Source: Campylobacterota bacterium (GTDB lineage Bacteria; Campylobacterota; Campylobacteria; Campylobacterales; Arcobacteraceae). Taken from it: DNA of 27,313 nucleotides. How positions within the stretch are numbered: the stretch's first letter is position 1; each line of letters begins with the position of its first letter. The stretch lies in assembly GCA_051746405.1 (NCBI GenBank), contig JBNJFB010000032.1:1-27313 (forward strand), in the 5' to 3' direction. A model generated the notes under the pieces. The model was not told where the DNA came from. It did no database searches and worked only from the letters and a program-made list of their open reading frames with translations. Of this stretch, positions 1 to 10,051 are shown one piece after another. A program made the translations under genes and the position numbers.

Positions 1-2
1 TT

Positions 3-455
3 GATTATTGTAAACAAAAAGGTTTTACTGTAAGGTTTATTGAGTTTATGGAAAATCACCATGCTAAAGATGGTGCAAAGGGATTAAACTCTGATGAAAT
101 AAAAGCAATAATCTCTAAGAAGTATCCAAATTTTGAGAAGATACCTAGGGATACAAGCTCTCCAGCACAATATTATAAGTTAGAAAATGGCTTTGAATTT
201 GGTATAATAGAGCCTCACAAAGATGACTTTTGTGAAGCATGTAATAGAATCAGACTTACAGCTGAGGGATATTTGATACCTTGTTTATATTTTGAAGATG
301 CTATGAGCATAAAAGATGCAGTAAGAGATAATAGAATTGATGAAGCAGCGGATATTTTAAAAAAGGTATTAGAGAATAAACCTGAGAAAAACAAGTGGTC
401 TGCACAAGATGATAATGAAATCTCAACAAGAGCATTTTATGAAACAGGGGGATAA
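3..455 (+). CDS. moaA: GTP 3',8-cyclase MoaA, 3' part (gene starts upstream of the window)
   Basis: Frame is open from base 3 ([16 protein letters not shown]). It has the C-terminal Fe-S motif [14 protein letters not shown]...PCL and the terminal GG typical of MoaA. Confidence 0.95.
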   Translation, partial: DYCKQKGFTVRFIEFMENHHAKDGAKGLNSDEIKAIISKKYPNFEKIPRDTSSPAQYYKLENGFEFGIIEPHKDDFCEACNRIRLTAEGYLIPCLYFEDAMSIKDAVRDNRIDEAADILKKVLENKPEKNKWSAQDDNEISTRAFYETGG

Positions 456-476
456 AAAAAGATATAAGAATAGTTT

Positions 477-485
477 TGATACAAT
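477..485 (+). promoter_or_regulatory. Putative extended -10 promoter element for the sbtA operon
   Basis: TGATACAAT (TGnTAnAAT) lies 36 bp upstream of the sbtA ATG. The AT-rich context limits certainty. Confidence 0.4.
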
Positions 486-521
486 ATGTAATACTTATAA
501 AAATTCAGGAAATTTACTAAT

Positions 522-1508
522 ATGAATATTGACCTTATTGTTCAAAATATATTAAATCCCCCAATTTTGTTTTTTTTCTTGGGGATGTTAGCAGTCTTTT
601 TTAAATCTCAGTTGAGTATTCCTCAACCACTACCAAAGTTTTTCTCCCTATACTTATTAATTGCAATAGGGCTTCATGGTGGTTATGAACTATCTAAAAG
701 TGGTTTAGACTTATATGTTTTTAAAGCACTTGGTTTAGCTATTTTTATGGCTATTTTAATACCTATAATTAGTTACTTTATCTTAAAAATCAAGCTTGAT
801 ACTTATAACGCAGTGGCTATTTCTGCAACTTATGGTTCAATTAGTGCTGTTACATTTATCACAGGTATTACTTATTTACAGACAATTGGTATTGATTATG
901 GTGGTTATATGGTTGCTGCTATGACACTTATGGAATCACCTGCAATTGTAATAGGGCTTGTATTTGCAGCTATTTTTGCAAAAAGTGAAGATAATGATGA
1001 CAAAGAGTCGCAAGGTACAAACTTCAAAGAGATTTTAAGAGAAGCTTTTTTAAATCCATCTGTGTTTTTATTAATAGGTGCTTTGATTATTGGAATATTA
1101 ACAGGTAAGCAAGGATGGGACTCTATGGAGCCACTATTTGGAGCACTGTTTAAAGGTTTCTTAGCCTTTTTCTTACTTGATATGGGACTTGTTGCAGCAA
1201 AGAAAATACATGAGTTGAAAAAAGTTGGGATATTTCTGATAGTATTTGCCCTAGCTATGCCAATGTTTAGTGCATCTATTGCTACAGGTTTAGCATTTAT
1301 GTTTGATTTGTCAAAAGGGGATGCTTTTTTATTGGCACTTCTTAGTGCAAGTGCTTCATATATAGCAGTTCCTGCTGCTATGAGACTATCTGTGCCACAG
1401 GCTAATCCAGGCATTTATTTGCCACTTAGTTTAGCAGTAACATTTCCTTTTAATATTTCACTTGGAATACCGCTTTACTACTATTTTATAAATATCATTT
1501 GGGGTTAA
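522..1508 (+). CDS. sbtA: Sodium-dependent bicarbonate transporter, SbtA family permease
   Basis: 328-aa polytopic membrane protein with the motifs YLLIAIGLHGG, YGSISAVTF, MESPAI, FLLDMG, SASYIAVPAAMR and TFPFNI. It is followed by a PII-like gene. Confidence 0.93.
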   Translation: MNIDLIVQNILNPPILFFFLGMLAVFFKSQLSIPQPLPKFFSLYLLIAIGLHGGYELSKSGLDLYVFKALGLAIFMAILIPIISYFILKIKLDTYNAVAISATYGSISAVTFITGITYLQTIGIDYGGYMVAAMTLMESPAIVIGLVFAAIFAKSEDNDDKESQGTNFKEILREAFLNPSVFLLIGALIIGILTGKQGWDSMEPLFGALFKGFLAFFLLDMGLVAAKKIHELKKVGIFLIVFALAMPMFSASIATGLAFMFDLSKGDAFLLALLSASASYIAVPAAMRLSVPQANPGIYLPLSLAVTFPFNISLGIPLYYYFINIIWG

Positions 1509-1510
1509 AA

Positions 1511-1801
1511 ATGAAAGAGATGAAAAAAATAGAGCTTATAATAGAGTCTGTTTATACAAATAGGTTAATTGAATTATTTCAAGAAAAAGAAATAACAGGT
1601 TATACACTTATCAAGGATATTGAGGGAAATGGTGGACATGGATTAAGAACAGCTGATGATGTTACAGATGTTTTTAGTAATAACTATATATTTACTGTAT
1701 GTGAAGAGTCTAAATTTTTAGAAATAAAAGAGAGTATTAGAAGTTTCACTAAAAGATATGGTGGAAAGTGTATAGTATCAGATGCAATGATGCTACTATA
1801 A
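1511..1801 (+). CDS. sbtB: PII-like regulator SbtB
   Basis: About 96 aa with MKKIELII...ITGYTLIKDIEGNGGHG (PII T-loop) and YGGKCIVSD. It sits directly after sbtA. ATG at 1511 is preferred over TTG at 1499. Confidence 0.88.
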   Translation: MKEMKKIELIIESVYTNRLIELFQEKEITGYTLIKDIEGNGGHGLRTADDVTDVFSNNYIFTVCEESKFLEIKESIRSFTKRYGGKCIVSDAMMLL

Positions 1802-1829
1802 TATTAACTTAAATGGAGAAAAAACAATA

Positions 1830-2981
1830 ATGAACAAAAACTTTAACTATTCTAGCTTAAAATTAGGAATTATAGGTGGTGGCCAGCTTGGTAAAATTAT
1901 GGCTGTAAAAGCTAAAAAAATGGGTTTTCAGGTAACTATTTTAGATCCAACCCAAAACTGTCCAGCAGGTCAAGTCTCAGATAAACAGATTGTTGGTGGT
2001 TTTTTTGATAAAGAGAAGCTAGAGCAGATTGTAAGTGAAAATGATGTTACTACTTTTGAGCTTGAGCATGTTGATACAGAGATTTTAAAAGAACTATATG
2101 ACAAAGACCATAATATTTTTCCATCACCTTATTTAATGGAATTAATTCAAGATAAATATAAGCAAAAAGAGTTTTTAGATAAAAAAGGAGTTCCTGTACC
2201 TAAGTATAAAAATATACAAACTCCTAATGACTTAGAAAGCTTTGGACTTCCTGTGATTCAAAAAGCCAGAAAAGGTGGCTATGATGGTAAAGGCGTTGCA
2301 CTTCTAAAAGATAAAGAGGACTTAAAGAATGCTTTAAAAGGTGAAACTTTTATAGAAGAGCTTGTGGATATCAAAAAAGAGTTAGCTGTAATGGTTTCTA
2401 GAAATGTTGAGGGAGAAATAGCTTGTTATCCAGTTGTAGAGATGCTTTTTGATGATAGAGTTAATATTTGTGATATTGTTATTGCACCTGCAAAAATTGA
2501 TGAGAGTATAGAGCAAGAAGCAAAGCAAATGGCAATAAAATGTATTGAAGCTTTAGATGGTGTGGGTATCTTTGGAGTTGAACTGTTTTTAACAAACAGT
2601 AATGAAATTTTAGTAAATGAGATTGCTCCAAGACCTCATAACTCAGGACACTATACAGTTGAGGCTTGTGAAACATCACAGTTTGAGCAAGTAATTAGAG
2701 CTGTAACAAATCTACCTTTGGGTTCAACAAAGCTTATTTCATCTGCTGCAATGGTTAATTTACTAGGTGATGAGCAGTTTATGGGAGAGCCTGTAATTGA
2801 AGGTATTCATGATGCATTAGAGATAAAAGGGTTGTCATTTCACTTCTATTCAAAAAAAGAGACAAAACCATTTAGAAAAATGGGACATATAACTGTATTA
2901 GATGCAGATGTTGATATAGCACTACAAAAAGCAAAAAAAGCAAAAGATATATTAAAAGTGAAAGGAACTAAAAAAGTATGA
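1830..2981 (+). CDS. purK: N5-carboxyaminoimidazole ribonucleotide synthase PurK
   Basis: Motifs [28 protein letters not shown] and RKMGHIT (ATP-grasp fold). It overlaps purE by ATGA. Confidence 0.96.
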   Translation: MNKNFNYSSLKLGIIGGGQLGKIMAVKAKKMGFQVTILDPTQNCPAGQVSDKQIVGGFFDKEKLEQIVSENDVTTFELEHVDTEILKELYDKDHNIFPSPYLMELIQDKYKQKEFLDKKGVPVPKYKNIQTPNDLESFGLPVIQKARKGGYDGKGVALLKDKEDLKNALKGETFIEELVDIKKELAVMVSRNVEGEIACYPVVEMLFDDRVNICDIVIAPAKIDESIEQEAKQMAIKCIEALDGVGIFGVELFLTNSNEILVNEIAPRPHNSGHYTVEACETSQFEQVIRAVTNLPLGSTKLISSAAMVNLLGDEQFMGEPVIEGIHDALEIKGLSFHFYSKKETKPFRKMGHITVLDADVDIALQKAKKAKDILKVKGTKKV

Positions 2982-3499
2982 AAAATAAACCATTAGTTGG
3001 AATTATTATGGGAAGTGACTCAGACTTGCCTGTGATGCAAAATGCAGCAAAAATGTTAGAGTATTTTGGAATAGAGTATGAACTTACAATAGTTTCAGCG
3101 CATAGAACTCCACAAAAACTATTTGAATATTCAAAGAAAGCCGAAAAAAGAGGATTAAGAGCAATTATTGCAGGAGCTGGAGGGGCTGCACATCTACCTG
3201 GAATGGTTGCATCACTAACTGCTTTACCTGTAATAGGTGTTCCTGTAAAGACATCTTCACTAAGTGGGTTGGATTCACTTTTATCTATTGTTCAAATGCC
3301 AGGGGGTGTTCCTGTATCAACAGTTGCAATAAATAACTCTAAAAATGCAGGTATTTTAGCAGCACAAACAATAGGTGTAAAATCAAAAGAAGTTAGAAAA
3401 AAAATAACACAGTATAAAAAGCAAATGATGCAAGAGGTTGAACAAAAGGCTTTAAAATTAGAAGATTTGCAGTATGAAGAGTATTTAAAACAGATGTGA
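2978..3499 (+). CDS. purE: N5-CAIR mutase PurE (class I)
   Basis: Motifs [30 protein letters not shown] and [11 protein letters not shown]. Confidence 0.97.
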   Translation: MKNKPLVGIIMGSDSDLPVMQNAAKMLEYFGIEYELTIVSAHRTPQKLFEYSKKAEKRGLRAIIAGAGGAAHLPGMVASLTALPVIGVPVKTSSLSGLDSLLSIVQMPGGVPVSTVAINNSKNAGILAAQTIGVKSKEVRKKITQYKKQMMQEVEQKALKLEDLQYEEYLKQM

Positions 3500-3580
3500 A
3501 ATTAATCTTATTTTAATAATAATTAAGTATAATTCGCGACCACTTTAAAAAGTGAAATAAAATATACCTATTAGGAGGTC

Positions 3581-3856
3581 ATGATGGCTTTAGATCAGGA
3601 CGTAAAAGCAAGTATTGTAGCAAAATATGGAAAAAAAGATGGTGATACAGGTTCTCCACAAGTGCAAATCGCACTTTTAACAGAGCAAGTTAGAATATTA
3701 ACAGAGCATTTAAAAACTAATAAGCAAGATCACTCTTCAAGATTAGGTCTTTTAAAAATGGTTGGTAAAAGAAAAAGACTTTTAAAATATTTAAAAAATA
3801 AAAACTATACAGAGTTTACTGAACTTGCAGCTTCATTAGGAATTAGAGCTAAATAG
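3581..3856 (+). CDS. rpsO: 30S ribosomal protein S15
   Basis: [13 protein letters not shown] and [19 protein letters not shown]. Strong SD AGGAGG at 3573-3578. The start may be the second ATG (3584). Confidence 0.98.
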   Translation: MMALDQDVKASIVAKYGKKDGDTGSPQVQIALLTEQVRILTEHLKTNKQDHSSRLGLLKMVGKRKRLLKYLKNKNYTEFTELAASLGIRAK

Positions 3857-3877
3857 TTCTAATTTACACTAAATTAT

Positions 3878-3918
3878 AAAAAGGGAATTATAGCAATGCT
3901 ATGGTTCCCTTTTTTTTT
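3878..3918 (+). terminator. Rho-independent terminator after rpsO
   Basis: AAAAAGGGAATTATAGC-AAT-GCTATGGTTCCCTTTTT hairpin (two G-U pairs) followed by a T run. Confidence 0.85.
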
Positions 3919-4030
3919 GCATAAATAAATTTAAATAAATATTAATTATCATTTTTAAAACTCTGTAATAACTAATCTTAATAAAATTTCTTGTAGAATA
4001 GGGTAATTAATAAAAAATATCGGGATAAAA

Positions 4031-4432
4031 ATGTTATTAACTAAAAAAAGTGAATATGCATTACTTTCTTTGATTTCCATAGCAAAAAATGAGAAACCAA
4101 AGAATGTGGATGTTTTATCAAAAGAATTAGACATATCAAAATCATTTTTAGCAAAAATAATGCAAAATTTAGCAAAATATGAAATAGTAGTATCCCATAG
4201 GGGTGTTAATGGTGGTTTTGCTTTAAATAAAAGTTGGGACAAAATTACTATACTTGAGATTACAACTGCAGCAGAAGAGAAGACTCCTTCTGTGTTTGAG
4301 TGTGCACCCTCAATAGATAGTTGTCCTAGTGATAAAGCAATGTTATGTACAATATGGCCACTATTAAATAACTTGCAATCAAAAGTAAATGGATTTTTAG
4401 AGGATTTAACATTGAAAGATATAGCATCATGA
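4031..4432 (+). CDS. Rrf2-family transcriptional regulator with a three-Cys putative Fe-S motif
   Basis: SEYALLSL, ISKSFLAKIMQNL and SHRGVNGGFAL (winged helix). C-terminal CAPSIDSCPSDKAMLC. Confidence 0.92.
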   Translation: MLLTKKSEYALLSLISIAKNEKPKNVDVLSKELDISKSFLAKIMQNLAKYEIVVSHRGVNGGFALNKSWDKITILEITTAAEEKTPSVFECAPSIDSCPSDKAMLCTIWPLLNNLQSKVNGFLEDLTLKDIAS

Positions 4433-5478
4433 AACTATTTCATATTTCACATACAGATTTAGATGGATATGGTTGTCAATTAATCACAAAAGAGTATTTT
4501 AAACAAGGTAGCTTTTATAATGCAAACTATGGCTTGGAAGTAAAGTTAACAATAAAAAAAGTATTAGATGAGATACAAAATCATAAAGAAGATGAGATAC
4601 TATTTTTTATAACAGATTTAAATTTAACTTTTCAAGAATCAAAAGATTTAGATAAAAGTATAAATAGATTATTAAAAGAAGGCTTTAATATTAAGCTTCA
4701 ACTTTTAGATCATCACGCAACTGGACAAAAAAGTGCAGATGAGTTTTCTTGGTACTATTTAGATACCTCAAGGTGTGCCACAAAAATAGTATATGACTAT
4801 ATATTTGAAGAGTATGAAGGCTTTGTTTGTGATACAAGTGCTTGGTTAAAACCACTGGTTGATGCTATAAATGCAATAGATATTTGGCTAGAAAATGAGC
4901 ATAAAAACTTTGAGTATGGTAAAGTTTTAATGTCAATGGTTACAAAAGCAAGGGAGGTAAATAATGTCCTTTTTGCAGATTTAAATAGAGATTATAGAGT
5001 ATATTTATTAAAAAGTGCTGTTGAGTTTATTAATGAACCAAACGGAAATATAAAGCTAGATAATAAGGTTCATACTTATAAAAAGCAGTTTTTAAAACAG
5101 AATAAAGAAGATGATACTATTGATAATTTAAGTGCTAGTTATCTTGTAAAATCTTTGGCTGAAATTAAAGACAATTTAACAGTAAACTACAATGGACACA
5201 AAGGTTTATTAACTTACTGTTTAGGTTCAATTTCAATTCCTGCAAATGCTTTTTTAAAAGCAAATGAAGATTATGACTTTTTTATTGATGTGGGAAGAAA
5301 GGGAAATGCTTCTTTTAGAGCCAATGGAAAAGTAGATGTGTCATATATGGCACAAAAGTTAGCAAATGGTGGTGGCCATGTAAATGCCAGTGGGTGTAAG
5401 TTTGAAGACTTTAAAGAGACAATTGATTATGAACAAGTGAAAAAATATATTCAAGAAAAATTGAATTTGCTAGATTAA
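4429..5478 (+). CDS. DHH/DHHA1-family phosphoesterase
   Basis: Motifs HTDLDG, TDL, LDHH and C-terminal GGGHVNASG. Confidence 0.9.
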   Translation: MKLFHISHTDLDGYGCQLITKEYFKQGSFYNANYGLEVKLTIKKVLDEIQNHKEDEILFFITDLNLTFQESKDLDKSINRLLKEGFNIKLQLLDHHATGQKSADEFSWYYLDTSRCATKIVYDYIFEEYEGFVCDTSAWLKPLVDAINAIDIWLENEHKNFEYGKVLMSMVTKAREVNNVLFADLNRDYRVYLLKSAVEFINEPNGNIKLDNKVHTYKKQFLKQNKEDDTIDNLSASYLVKSLAEIKDNLTVNYNGHKGLLTYCLGSISIPANAFLKANEDYDFFIDVGRKGNASFRANGKVDVSYMAQKLANGGGHVNASGCKFEDFKETIDYEQVKKYIQEKLNLLD

Positions 5479-5579
5479 AAAATCATATATAAATAAACTA
5501 AATTTTTTTAATATATTATTAAGTTTAATATTAATAGAATCTTCTTAGGAAAATTTTTTTCCACTAAAAGGAGCATTCT

Positions 5580-7010
5580 ATGAAAAAAACTATAACAACA
5601 ACAGCAGGAAATCCTGTAGCAGATAATCAAAACTCACTAACTGCAGGAGAACGTGGACCTGTACTTATGCAGGATTATCAACTAATTGAAAAATTAGCTC
5701 ATCAAAACAGAGAAAGAATTCCTGAAAGAGTTGTTCATGCAAATGGTAGTGCAGCTTATGGAAAACTTGTTATTACTGAAGATATATCAAAATATACAAA
5801 AGCCAAAGTTTTACAAAAAGGCCAAGAGACAAAACTACTACTTAGATTCTCAACTGTTGCAGGTGAAAGAGGTGCTGCAGATGCAGAAAGAGATGTAAGA
5901 GGTTTTGCACTTAAATTTTATACAAAAGAAGGTAATTGGGATTTAGTAGGAAATAACACACCTGTATTTTTTGTAAGAGATGCATATAAGTTTCCTGATT
6001 TTATTCATACACAAAAAAGACATCCTCAAACAAATATGAGAAGTAATACAGCAGCATGGGATTTTTGGTCACTAAGTCCAGAGAGTTTGCATCAAGTAAC
6101 TATATTGATGTCTGATAGAGGTTTACCTAAATCTTATAGACATATAAACGGATATGGTTCTCATACATATAGCTTAATAAATGAGCAAAATGAGAGATTT
6201 TGGGTTAAGTTTCATTTTAAAACTATGCAAGGAATAGAAAATCTAACAGACCAAGAGGCTGAAGATGTTGTAGCAAAAGATAGGGAGTCAAACCAAAAAG
6301 ATTTATTTGAGAATATTCAAGATAAAAACTTTCCAAAGTGGAGTTTTGAAATTCAAATTATGACAGAACAAGAGGCTTTAGATTGTCCTTTTAATCCTTT
6401 TGATTTAACAAAAGTTTGGCCACATGGTGATTATCCAATGATAAAAGTAGGTGAGCTTACTTTAAATGAAAACCCTAAAAACTATTTTAATGAAGTTGAA
6501 CAAGCATCTTTTTCTCCATCAAATGTAGTACCTGGTATAAGCTTCTCACCTGATAAAATGCTACAAGCTAGAATATTCTCATATCCTGATGCACATAGAT
6601 ATAGAGTAGGTACACACTATGAAATGTTACCTGTAAATAGACCTATAGTGGATGTTAATACATATCATGCAGATGGTGCAATGAACTATGAACAAAAAGA
6701 GGTAATACAAGCAAATTATGAACCAAATAGTTTCAATGAACCTGTTGAAGATAAAAGTTTTGAAGAGCCAGCTTTAAAAATTGATGCAACTTATGCAACT
6801 CGATATGACCATAGGGAAGGAAATGATGACTTTTCTCAACCAAGAGCACTATTTAAGCTAATGAGTGAAAATCAAAAAGAACAACTTTTTGGTAATATTT
6901 CAAGGGCTATGGATGGAGTGCCTATGGAGATAATAAATAGACAATTAGAACTATTTGAAAAGGTTGATAAAGAGTATAAAGCAGGAGTGAAAAAAGCACT
7001 AGGACTATAA
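5580..7010 (+). CDS. katA: Monofunctional heme catalase
   Basis: [11 protein letters not shown] (distal His), [18 protein letters not shown] and proximal [12 protein letters not shown]. Confidence 0.97.
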   Translation: MKKTITTTAGNPVADNQNSLTAGERGPVLMQDYQLIEKLAHQNRERIPERVVHANGSAAYGKLVITEDISKYTKAKVLQKGQETKLLLRFSTVAGERGAADAERDVRGFALKFYTKEGNWDLVGNNTPVFFVRDAYKFPDFIHTQKRHPQTNMRSNTAAWDFWSLSPESLHQVTILMSDRGLPKSYRHINGYGSHTYSLINEQNERFWVKFHFKTMQGIENLTDQEAEDVVAKDRESNQKDLFENIQDKNFPKWSFEIQIMTEQEALDCPFNPFDLTKVWPHGDYPMIKVGELTLNENPKNYFNEVEQASFSPSNVVPGISFSPDKMLQARIFSYPDAHRYRVGTHYEMLPVNRPIVDVNTYHADGAMNYEQKEVIQANYEPNSFNEPVEDKSFEEPALKIDATYATRYDHREGNDDFSQPRALFKLMSENQKEQLFGNISRAMDGVPMEIINRQLELFEKVDKEYKAGVKKALGL

Positions 7011-7011
7011 A

Positions 7012-7491
7012 ATGGAAGTTTCACCTGATGAATTAAAGCGATATGAACAGCTTCAAGTAATTGCATTAGATTATGCAAGATATGGTAATGCACAAGAGTT
7101 AAGAGCCATGCTTGAAGCTGGTATGCCTGTGAATTTATCAGATACTAAAGGTAATAGTTTATTGATGCTAGCTTCATATAATGGAAACTATGAAACAACA
7201 AAAATGATTCTTGACTTTAATCCACAAATTGATAAAAAAAATGACAGAGGGCAGACTCCTTTAGCAGGAGTTTGCTTCAAGGGATATCTTGATATTGTAA
7301 AGATTTTAGTACAATCAGGTGCTAATATTTATGAAGATAATGGCATGAAAACAACACCACTTATGTTTGCTTCAATATTTGGAAATTATGAAATTGTAGA
7401 TTATCTAAACTCAAAAAGTGAAAATAGACTAAAAAATAGATTATATTTAAGGCTTTCTAAACTATTTGGGTTATTTAAAAGAAAAAAATAG
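7012..7491 (+). CDS. Catalase-associated ankyrin-repeat protein (AnkB/Cj1386-like)
   Basis: Ankyrin repeats GNSLLMLASYNG, GQTPLAGVCFKG and TTPLMFASIFG. It starts 1 bp after katA. Confidence 0.88.
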   Translation: MEVSPDELKRYEQLQVIALDYARYGNAQELRAMLEAGMPVNLSDTKGNSLLMLASYNGNYETTKMILDFNPQIDKKNDRGQTPLAGVCFKGYLDIVKILVQSGANIYEDNGMKTTPLMFASIFGNYEIVDYLNSKSENRLKNRLYLRLSKLFGLFKRKK

Positions 7492-7534
7492 TAACATAAA
7501 ACAGTATAAAGATTAGAATTAAAAGGAGAGACTA

Positions 7535-7963
7535 ATGGAGTGCGAATTTCCAGATATAAATTCAAATAATGAAGAGATAATAGATATCTTTAATAATACA
7601 AAAACAATAGCAATAGCAGGTTTATCACCAAATGAGCAAAAAGCTTCAAATATGGTTGCAAAGTATTTACAAAAATCTGGCTTTAAAATAGTACCTATTT
7701 ATCCAAAAGAGGATGAAATTTTAGGTGAAAAAGTATATAGAAGTTTAGAAGAGATACCTTTCAAGGTTGATATGGTTGATATTTTTAGAAAGCCAGATGC
7801 AATAGCAGCTGTTGTAGATGCGTGTATTAAAAGAGGTGATATTGATACTGTATGGACTCAACTTGGGCTTGTAAATAATCAAGCAGCAAAAAAAGCTAGT
7901 GATGCAGGTATGAAAGTAGTGCAAAATAAGTGTACTAAAATAGAACACGCAAATAATTTCTAA
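7535..7963 (+). CDS. CoA-binding protein (YccU-like)
   Basis: TIAIAGLSP, ILGEKVYRSL, VDMVDIFR, VWTQLG and CTKIEH. Confidence 0.9.
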   Translation: MECEFPDINSNNEEIIDIFNNTKTIAIAGLSPNEQKASNMVAKYLQKSGFKIVPIYPKEDEILGEKVYRSLEEIPFKVDMVDIFRKPDAIAAVVDACIKRGDIDTVWTQLGLVNNQAAKKASDAGMKVVQNKCTKIEHANNF

Positions 7964-8014
7964 TCAAAAGGTAACTTTTGATTAGATAAATATTGTTAAA
8001 ATCCTTTTAAAAAC

Positions 8015-8038
8015 CATTGTATATTAAGTTATATAACG
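8015..8038. promoter_or_regulatory. ModE-type molybdate regulator box (distal)
   Basis: CATTGTATA-N6-TATATAACG; 2 mismatches to the palindrome CGTTATATA-N6-TATATAACG. Upstream of modA. Confidence 0.65.
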
Positions 8039-8077
8039 ATAAGATTTTATTTGTTTTTATTAAGACCTTTTAGTAGT

Positions 8078-8101
8078 CGTTATATAACTATATATATAAA
8101 G
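8078..8101. promoter_or_regulatory. ModE-type molybdate regulator box (proximal)
   Basis: CGTTATATA-ACTATA-TATATAAAG; 1 mismatch to the same palindrome. It ends 58 bp upstream of the modA ATG. Confidence 0.75.
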
Positions 8102-8159
8102 AAAATGTTTAAAATAAGTACTACTAATAATTAAAGTAAATAAAAAATAGGAAGAATAA

Positions 8160-8909
8160 ATGTTTAAAAAACTGGTATTAACTACACTTTTTATTGTAAG
8201 TAGTGTTTATGCCCAAAGTATTAATATAGCAGTTGCAGCAAATGTAAGTTATGCCATTGAAGATATTAAAAAAGAGTTTAACAAACTATATCCAAATACT
8301 CAAGTGAAAGTAACTTTAGGTAGTAGTGGGAAGTTAACAGCTCAGATTAAAAATGGAGCTCCTTATGAGCTGTTTATGTCAGCAAATATGAAATATCCAA
8401 AAGCACTCTATAGTGATAAAATTGCAGTTACAAGGCCGCTTGTTTATGCTCAAGGTGGCTTAGCTATGCTAAGTGATAACCAAAAAGATTTTTCTAAAGG
8501 AATTGATTTAGTAAAAGACTCTTCAATAGGAAAAATTGCTGTTGCAAATCCTAAAACAGCACCTTATGGAATAGCATCAATAGAAGCTATGAAAAATGCA
8601 GGCGTATTAGCAGAAGCAAAAAAGAAGTTTGTTTACGCAGAATCAATCTCTCAAACAGTTTCTTATGCTGTAATGGCTACGGATATGGGGTTTATTGCCA
8701 AATCATCACTTTATAGTCCTACAATGAGTAAATATAAAAAAGGTGTTCATTGGACCCAAGTTGATTCAAAGCTTTACACTCCTATAAATCAAGGAATTGT
8801 AATGCTAAAAAATGGTGAAAAAAATAGTGAAGTAGCAGCATTTTATGCTTTTATGTTAAGCCCCAAAGCTAAAGAAATTATGGAAAAGTTTGGATATCTT
8901 GTACCATGA
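8160..8909 (+). CDS. modA: Molybdate ABC transporter substrate-binding protein
   Basis: Signal peptide, AVAAN, GSSGKLTAQIKNGAP, FMSAN, ANPKTAPYG and PINQ. Confidence 0.95.
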   Translation: MFKKLVLTTLFIVSSVYAQSINIAVAANVSYAIEDIKKEFNKLYPNTQVKVTLGSSGKLTAQIKNGAPYELFMSANMKYPKALYSDKIAVTRPLVYAQGGLAMLSDNQKDFSKGIDLVKDSSIGKIAVANPKTAPYGIASIEAMKNAGVLAEAKKKFVYAESISQTVSYAVMATDMGFIAKSSLYSPTMSKYKKGVHWTQVDSKLYTPINQGIVMLKNGEKNSEVAAFYAFMLSPKAKEIMEKFGYLVP

Positions 8910-9298
8910 TAGAAGCTGTTGTAAAAGATATACAAAACTGTGATAATTTACACATAGTTAAGTTTGACTTTCAAGGTCAAACTTTATCTATGATGAGTTT
9001 GGAGCTTGATGAGTCTGTAAAAATTGGAACAAAAGTGCTTTTGCAAACAAAATCTTCACATGTTGCTTTAGGTAAAAATATTAGTGGTGAGTTAAGTTAT
9101 AGCAATCAACTAAAATCTCAAATTTTATCTATAGATACAGGAAAACTTTTGTGTAGTATAAAAGTTAGAATTGCTAAAGATAGTGTTATTGAGTCTATTA
9201 TTACTAAAAACTCTTTAAGTCGTATGAACCTCAAAGAAAATGATACTGTTATTGCTTTTATAAAAGCTAGTGAACTCTCTATTGCAAAGGTTTTATGA
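8906..9298 (+). CDS. Di-TOBE (molbindin-like) molybdate-binding protein
   Basis: Two TOBE repeats (LSYSNQL, SIIT...[10 protein letters not shown]). Coupled between modA and modB. Confidence 0.85.
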   Translation: MIEAVVKDIQNCDNLHIVKFDFQGQTLSMMSLELDESVKIGTKVLLQTKSSHVALGKNISGELSYSNQLKSQILSIDTGKLLCSIKVRIAKDSVIESIITKNSLSRMNLKENDTVIAFIKASELSIAKVL

Positions 9299-9987
9299 TG
9301 TTAGATATAGTTTCACAACTAGAGTTTGAACCTTTTTGGCTTTCATTTAAATTAGCAGGAATTACCACTTTTATACTTTTTGTTTTAAGTGTACCACTTG
9401 CTTGGTGGCTTAGTCAAACAAAATCAAAAAGTAAGCCAGTAATTGAAGCAATAACTGCTTTGCCAATAGTACTTCCACCTTCTGTTTTAGGGTTTTATAT
9501 TCTTGTAGCCTTATCTCATAACTCTCCTATTGGAACTTTCTTTGATGAAACATTTGGAATAAAATTAGTTTTTAATTTTACAGGACTTGTAGTAGCTTCT
9601 TGTTTTTACTCTTTACCTTTTATGGTACAACCACTTCAAAGTGGTTTTGAATCAATAAATAAAAATATGCTAGAAGCTAGCTATATAAGTGGGAAAAGTA
9701 AGATTGAGACTATCATTAAAGTAGCATTACCAAATATAAAGCCAGCATTAATGACTGCTATTATCGTGACTTTTGCTCATACAGTAGGAGAGTTTGGAGT
9801 AGTTTTAATGGTAGGTGGAAGTATTCCAGGAGAGACCAAAGTAGCATCAGTTGCTATATATGAATTTGTTGAAATAATGGACTATAAATCAGCTCATATA
9901 TATAGTGCGATTATGTTGATTATTAGCTTTTTTGTACTTTTAGGGGTTTATATTTTCAATGGTAAGATAAAAAAAGTAGGAGTTTAG
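9295..9987 (+). CDS. modB: Molybdate ABC transporter permease
   Basis: [23 protein letters not shown] loop and [20 protein letters not shown]. Confidence 0.95.
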   Translation: MMLDIVSQLEFEPFWLSFKLAGITTFILFVLSVPLAWWLSQTKSKSKPVIEAITALPIVLPPSVLGFYILVALSHNSPIGTFFDETFGIKLVFNFTGLVVASCFYSLPFMVQPLQSGFESINKNMLEASYISGKSKIETIIKVALPNIKPALMTAIIVTFAHTVGEFGVVLMVGGSIPGETKVASVAIYEFVEIMDYKSAHIYSAIMLIISFFVLLGVYIFNGKIKKVGV

Positions 9988-10051
9988 TTTAAATTAAAAT
10001 TAAATCAAATGACATTATAATATTTGACATATATACAAACAAAGGAAAATT

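Noticed and set aside
905..1414. 169-aa minus-strand ORF, plus other antisense or nested ORFs (2479, 3955, 6872, 7745, 10071, 14838, 16637, 17192, 19063, 19643, 21265, 22923, 23338, 25645, 26944, 27062)
   Set aside because: They overlap better-supported genes and show no recognisable motifs, so they are treated as shadow ORFs.
5480..5579. Possible Fur/PerR box upstream of katA
   Set aside because: The region is almost pure A/T and no palindrome stands out from background.
5580..7491. katA-ankyrin pairing as a novel system
   Set aside because: Already known from C. jejuni katA-Cj1386 and Pseudomonas katB-ankB.
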